This document shows, in pieces, positions 59,001 to 62,000 of a stretch of 64,000 nt of DNA. Every line of letters starts with the position of its first letter. The first letter of the stretch is position 1. The notes under the pieces are model-generated. The model was not told the origin of the DNA and made no database searches. It worked only from the letters and a program-made list of their open reading frames with translations. The translations under genes and the position numbers were made by a program. This DNA comes from Candidatus Omnitrophota bacterium (lineage in GTDB: Bacteria > Omnitrophota > Gorgyraeia > Gygaellales > Profunditerraquicolaceae): positions 12,575 to 76,574 of the forward strand of contig JAKPTF010000035.1 in NCBI GenBank assembly GCA_029571225.1. The letters are read 5' to 3'.

Positions 59001-62000
59001 GCCTGTCCATGGCAAAATCGGTATACCTGCAGGCGATCATGCGTTTATTGACCGGCAGTTCTCCCCGCGCCACGCGCGTCCGGATGCCCTTCATGGTAGA
59101 GGTAAACCCGCTGATGAAGCTATCCCTTGCCGCAGGCCGGATATCCCGGGCCGCGATATTCGACAGGAGGGATTGCAGCATTCCGGCCTGGGTGCTCAGA
59201 TCGTCTTTGTCCAGAGTGAACGCGCTGACAAAATCTATATTGTACATTTCAATAACCGTATCGAGGTCAAGATCAACCCGGATATTGCTCGGGTTCCTGT
59301 CACCGAGGCCGATCAAATAAGCGGCAAATGCGGTCTTGCCCAGCAAATATGCCAGTTGCGGGACAAAACGACGGTTCGCGAGCAACGCGTCATTGAAAAG
59401 GTAGATATCCTCAAGGCTCGAATTGCCCACGTTGGTATAAACATAGTAATGGCTCCGGTAATCGACGAGCATCTGCGTCGGCAGGGTAAACGCCTCCAGG
59501 ACTATCGAGGCATACGGCTCATAGCTGTACGAAAAGGCCTCTTTCAGGATGAGCGTTATATGCTTCGAACCGAACCGGACTTCCGCGCGGTACGTCCGGA
59601 GGTCATCAAACGAGGTCTGGATTACGCCTTTTATTAATTTCACGGATCCGATGCCGTCGCAGCCGAGGCGGCAGAGAAGCTGCCTGATAAACTGTTCTTC
59701 CTGGCCGCCGTCGCACGATTGTTTTGCGGAAGCCGCATCCTCTTTCCCATCGGCAGCAAGATACTTTTCTATGACGTGGCCGGGGATCAGCCTGTTCAAT
59801 CGTTTGACAGCAGATTCCTTTTCGTCAGGGCCAAGCACATTGATCACGTGCAGATTTCCCGGCGACAGGACAATCGCCTTCATGAAATTTTCCATCGCCT
59901 CCTGTTTATTTTCCGAATACAGATTAACGAGCCCTAAGCCAAGATAACTGCTGTAGTCTGCGGGATTGAGTTCCCGGGCAAAAGAAAACTCTTCCTCGGC
60001 ATTCTGGTAATCCCCTCTCTCAAGGTAATTGAATGCGGCGCCGATGTGCGCAACGACATAGTCCGGTTTAAGTTTAAGGGCCTTAAGATAATGCGCCAGC
60101 GCCGCATCCTTATCGTTCAGCCGGTCATACGTCATCGCCGCTTTCTTGTACATGACCGCCATAAGGCCTGATGCGTCGGTAATATATATATTCGAGTAAT
60201 ATAACGGGAACATCTGGGCATCTTTGAGCGTGTACGCAGGCTGATTTTTCCTGTCGGACCTTTCTTTCAGCCGGAGCAATGCCGCAGGCTCAAGCGGCCA
60301 GTTCCATGACAGATATTTTCCCTCGGCGTGGTAGGTATCCTGCAGCGGCACTGCCTTAATAATGCCGGTGAACAGGTCGACAAAAATGTGCTCGCCTGCC
60401 CAGGGGACAACCGCGAACACGGGGCCGGAGCCGACGGCAATCCTTGTCTCATAACCAAGCATCGATAACAGCAGATACATAAAAGCAGTCTTGTTGGCGC
60501 ACGTAAAAAACGAGTCATAGATCCTGTTTTTCTCTTCTTGCGCGAGGGGCGAGGCAAAAAGGGCGTCGAAAATATGCTGTATCGGCAGCGAGTGCACCAG
60601 ATATTCGTGGATTAACCAGACAGACCTGATATAAACCTTGTCATGCGCAAACCCGACTTCAGGGAGTTCGTCGTGCGTTGTTTCAAATACGATCTCTCGC
60701 GTCTTTCCGTCCCGGACGCTCTCGTCAAATATTTCCCTGAAGGTCTTTTCCATGATGAGAAGCGTGTCCCGGCTGAATTGCGCGCGGAGCTCTTCGATGA
60801 AAGCGGGCATGATCTCCTTTTCGCAGGACAACCGGCGCAGGATTTCAATCAGGTCCCCGTCATCGGCTATATGCCCGCGGTTGGGAAGCAGGAGCGCCTG
60901 CTCCGCCTTGAGCATGGCCTCTTTTTCAGCTCGCGATTTCCTTTCTATCTCAAGGTACATGGAAAGATACGGGATATCAAGGAACGTCGGGCAGACCACG
61001 ACATCGACCGCATCCGTATTTGCAAAGCCTTTCTTGAGGCCGCGGTAATAATTCATGATGCAATCGCCTTTTTCGAACATCTTCAGATTAAAGATGACGA
61101 ACGGTTTCTTGGCCTTCTTTTCCGCAAACGCCGCTGCCTGCAAGACAATACCCGCAGCGCTTTCAACCGGCATGGCGAATCGGGCGACAAATACGCCGTC
61201 GATGTCTGGTTGCCCTAAATAATCCGCGGCATTGTCCGCATTGACGTACCTGCCGTACATAAGATAGATCTTTCGCGCAATGCGCGGCCCGTACCGTTTG
61301 TTCCGGGCGAGCCACGTCCGCAGTGTCCGGCAGACCGCCTGGGCCTCGGCAGGATCTATTGCCTTCTGCTGCGACTCCTGCTGCTGCTTTACCCACAGCG
61401 GCAGATAAATGACAATGACCTTCTGGGCCTGTTTCCTGCCGATGCCCTGCAGGGCGGTGCTTAACTGGTTGATCAAAACCTCATTCGTGACCCCGCGTTT
61501 TCGTTCATCGAGCGTATCAGACACGAAAATGGCCGGTATCAGGCCGTGCGCCAGCGCAGCCTTGACCTTCTTATTGACGAGTTCATACGATTCCACGATC
61601 TCGACAACGCCGTGCGTCCGTTCCGGATGCCCGACCATGACAAAGGCGACCTGCTCGCGTAAAAGCATGGAGGGCGAAACCTCTCCCGTATACGGCCCCG
61701 CGTCCTTGTAGAACATGTTCTGGGCGCCCATGAATATACCGCCGTCGCGGTCGGTATCGGGGGCGCATTTTTCACGGTCGGACAGCTCGGTCATATACCC
61801 CTGCGCCGCCAGGAATTCGGCTTCTTCGAACCATGTCAACTTCGCATTGCGCATTTGTTCCATGACAATGCGGCGGTACAGCGATCCGGGATCGAGTACG
61901 ATGGTCACCAGATAACTCCACGGAAGCCGCTCGATGCGCGTTCCGTTCCTGATGGTCCTGCCGGAAAGCGGCACCGGCAGTTCCTTGCACATGATGCCGG

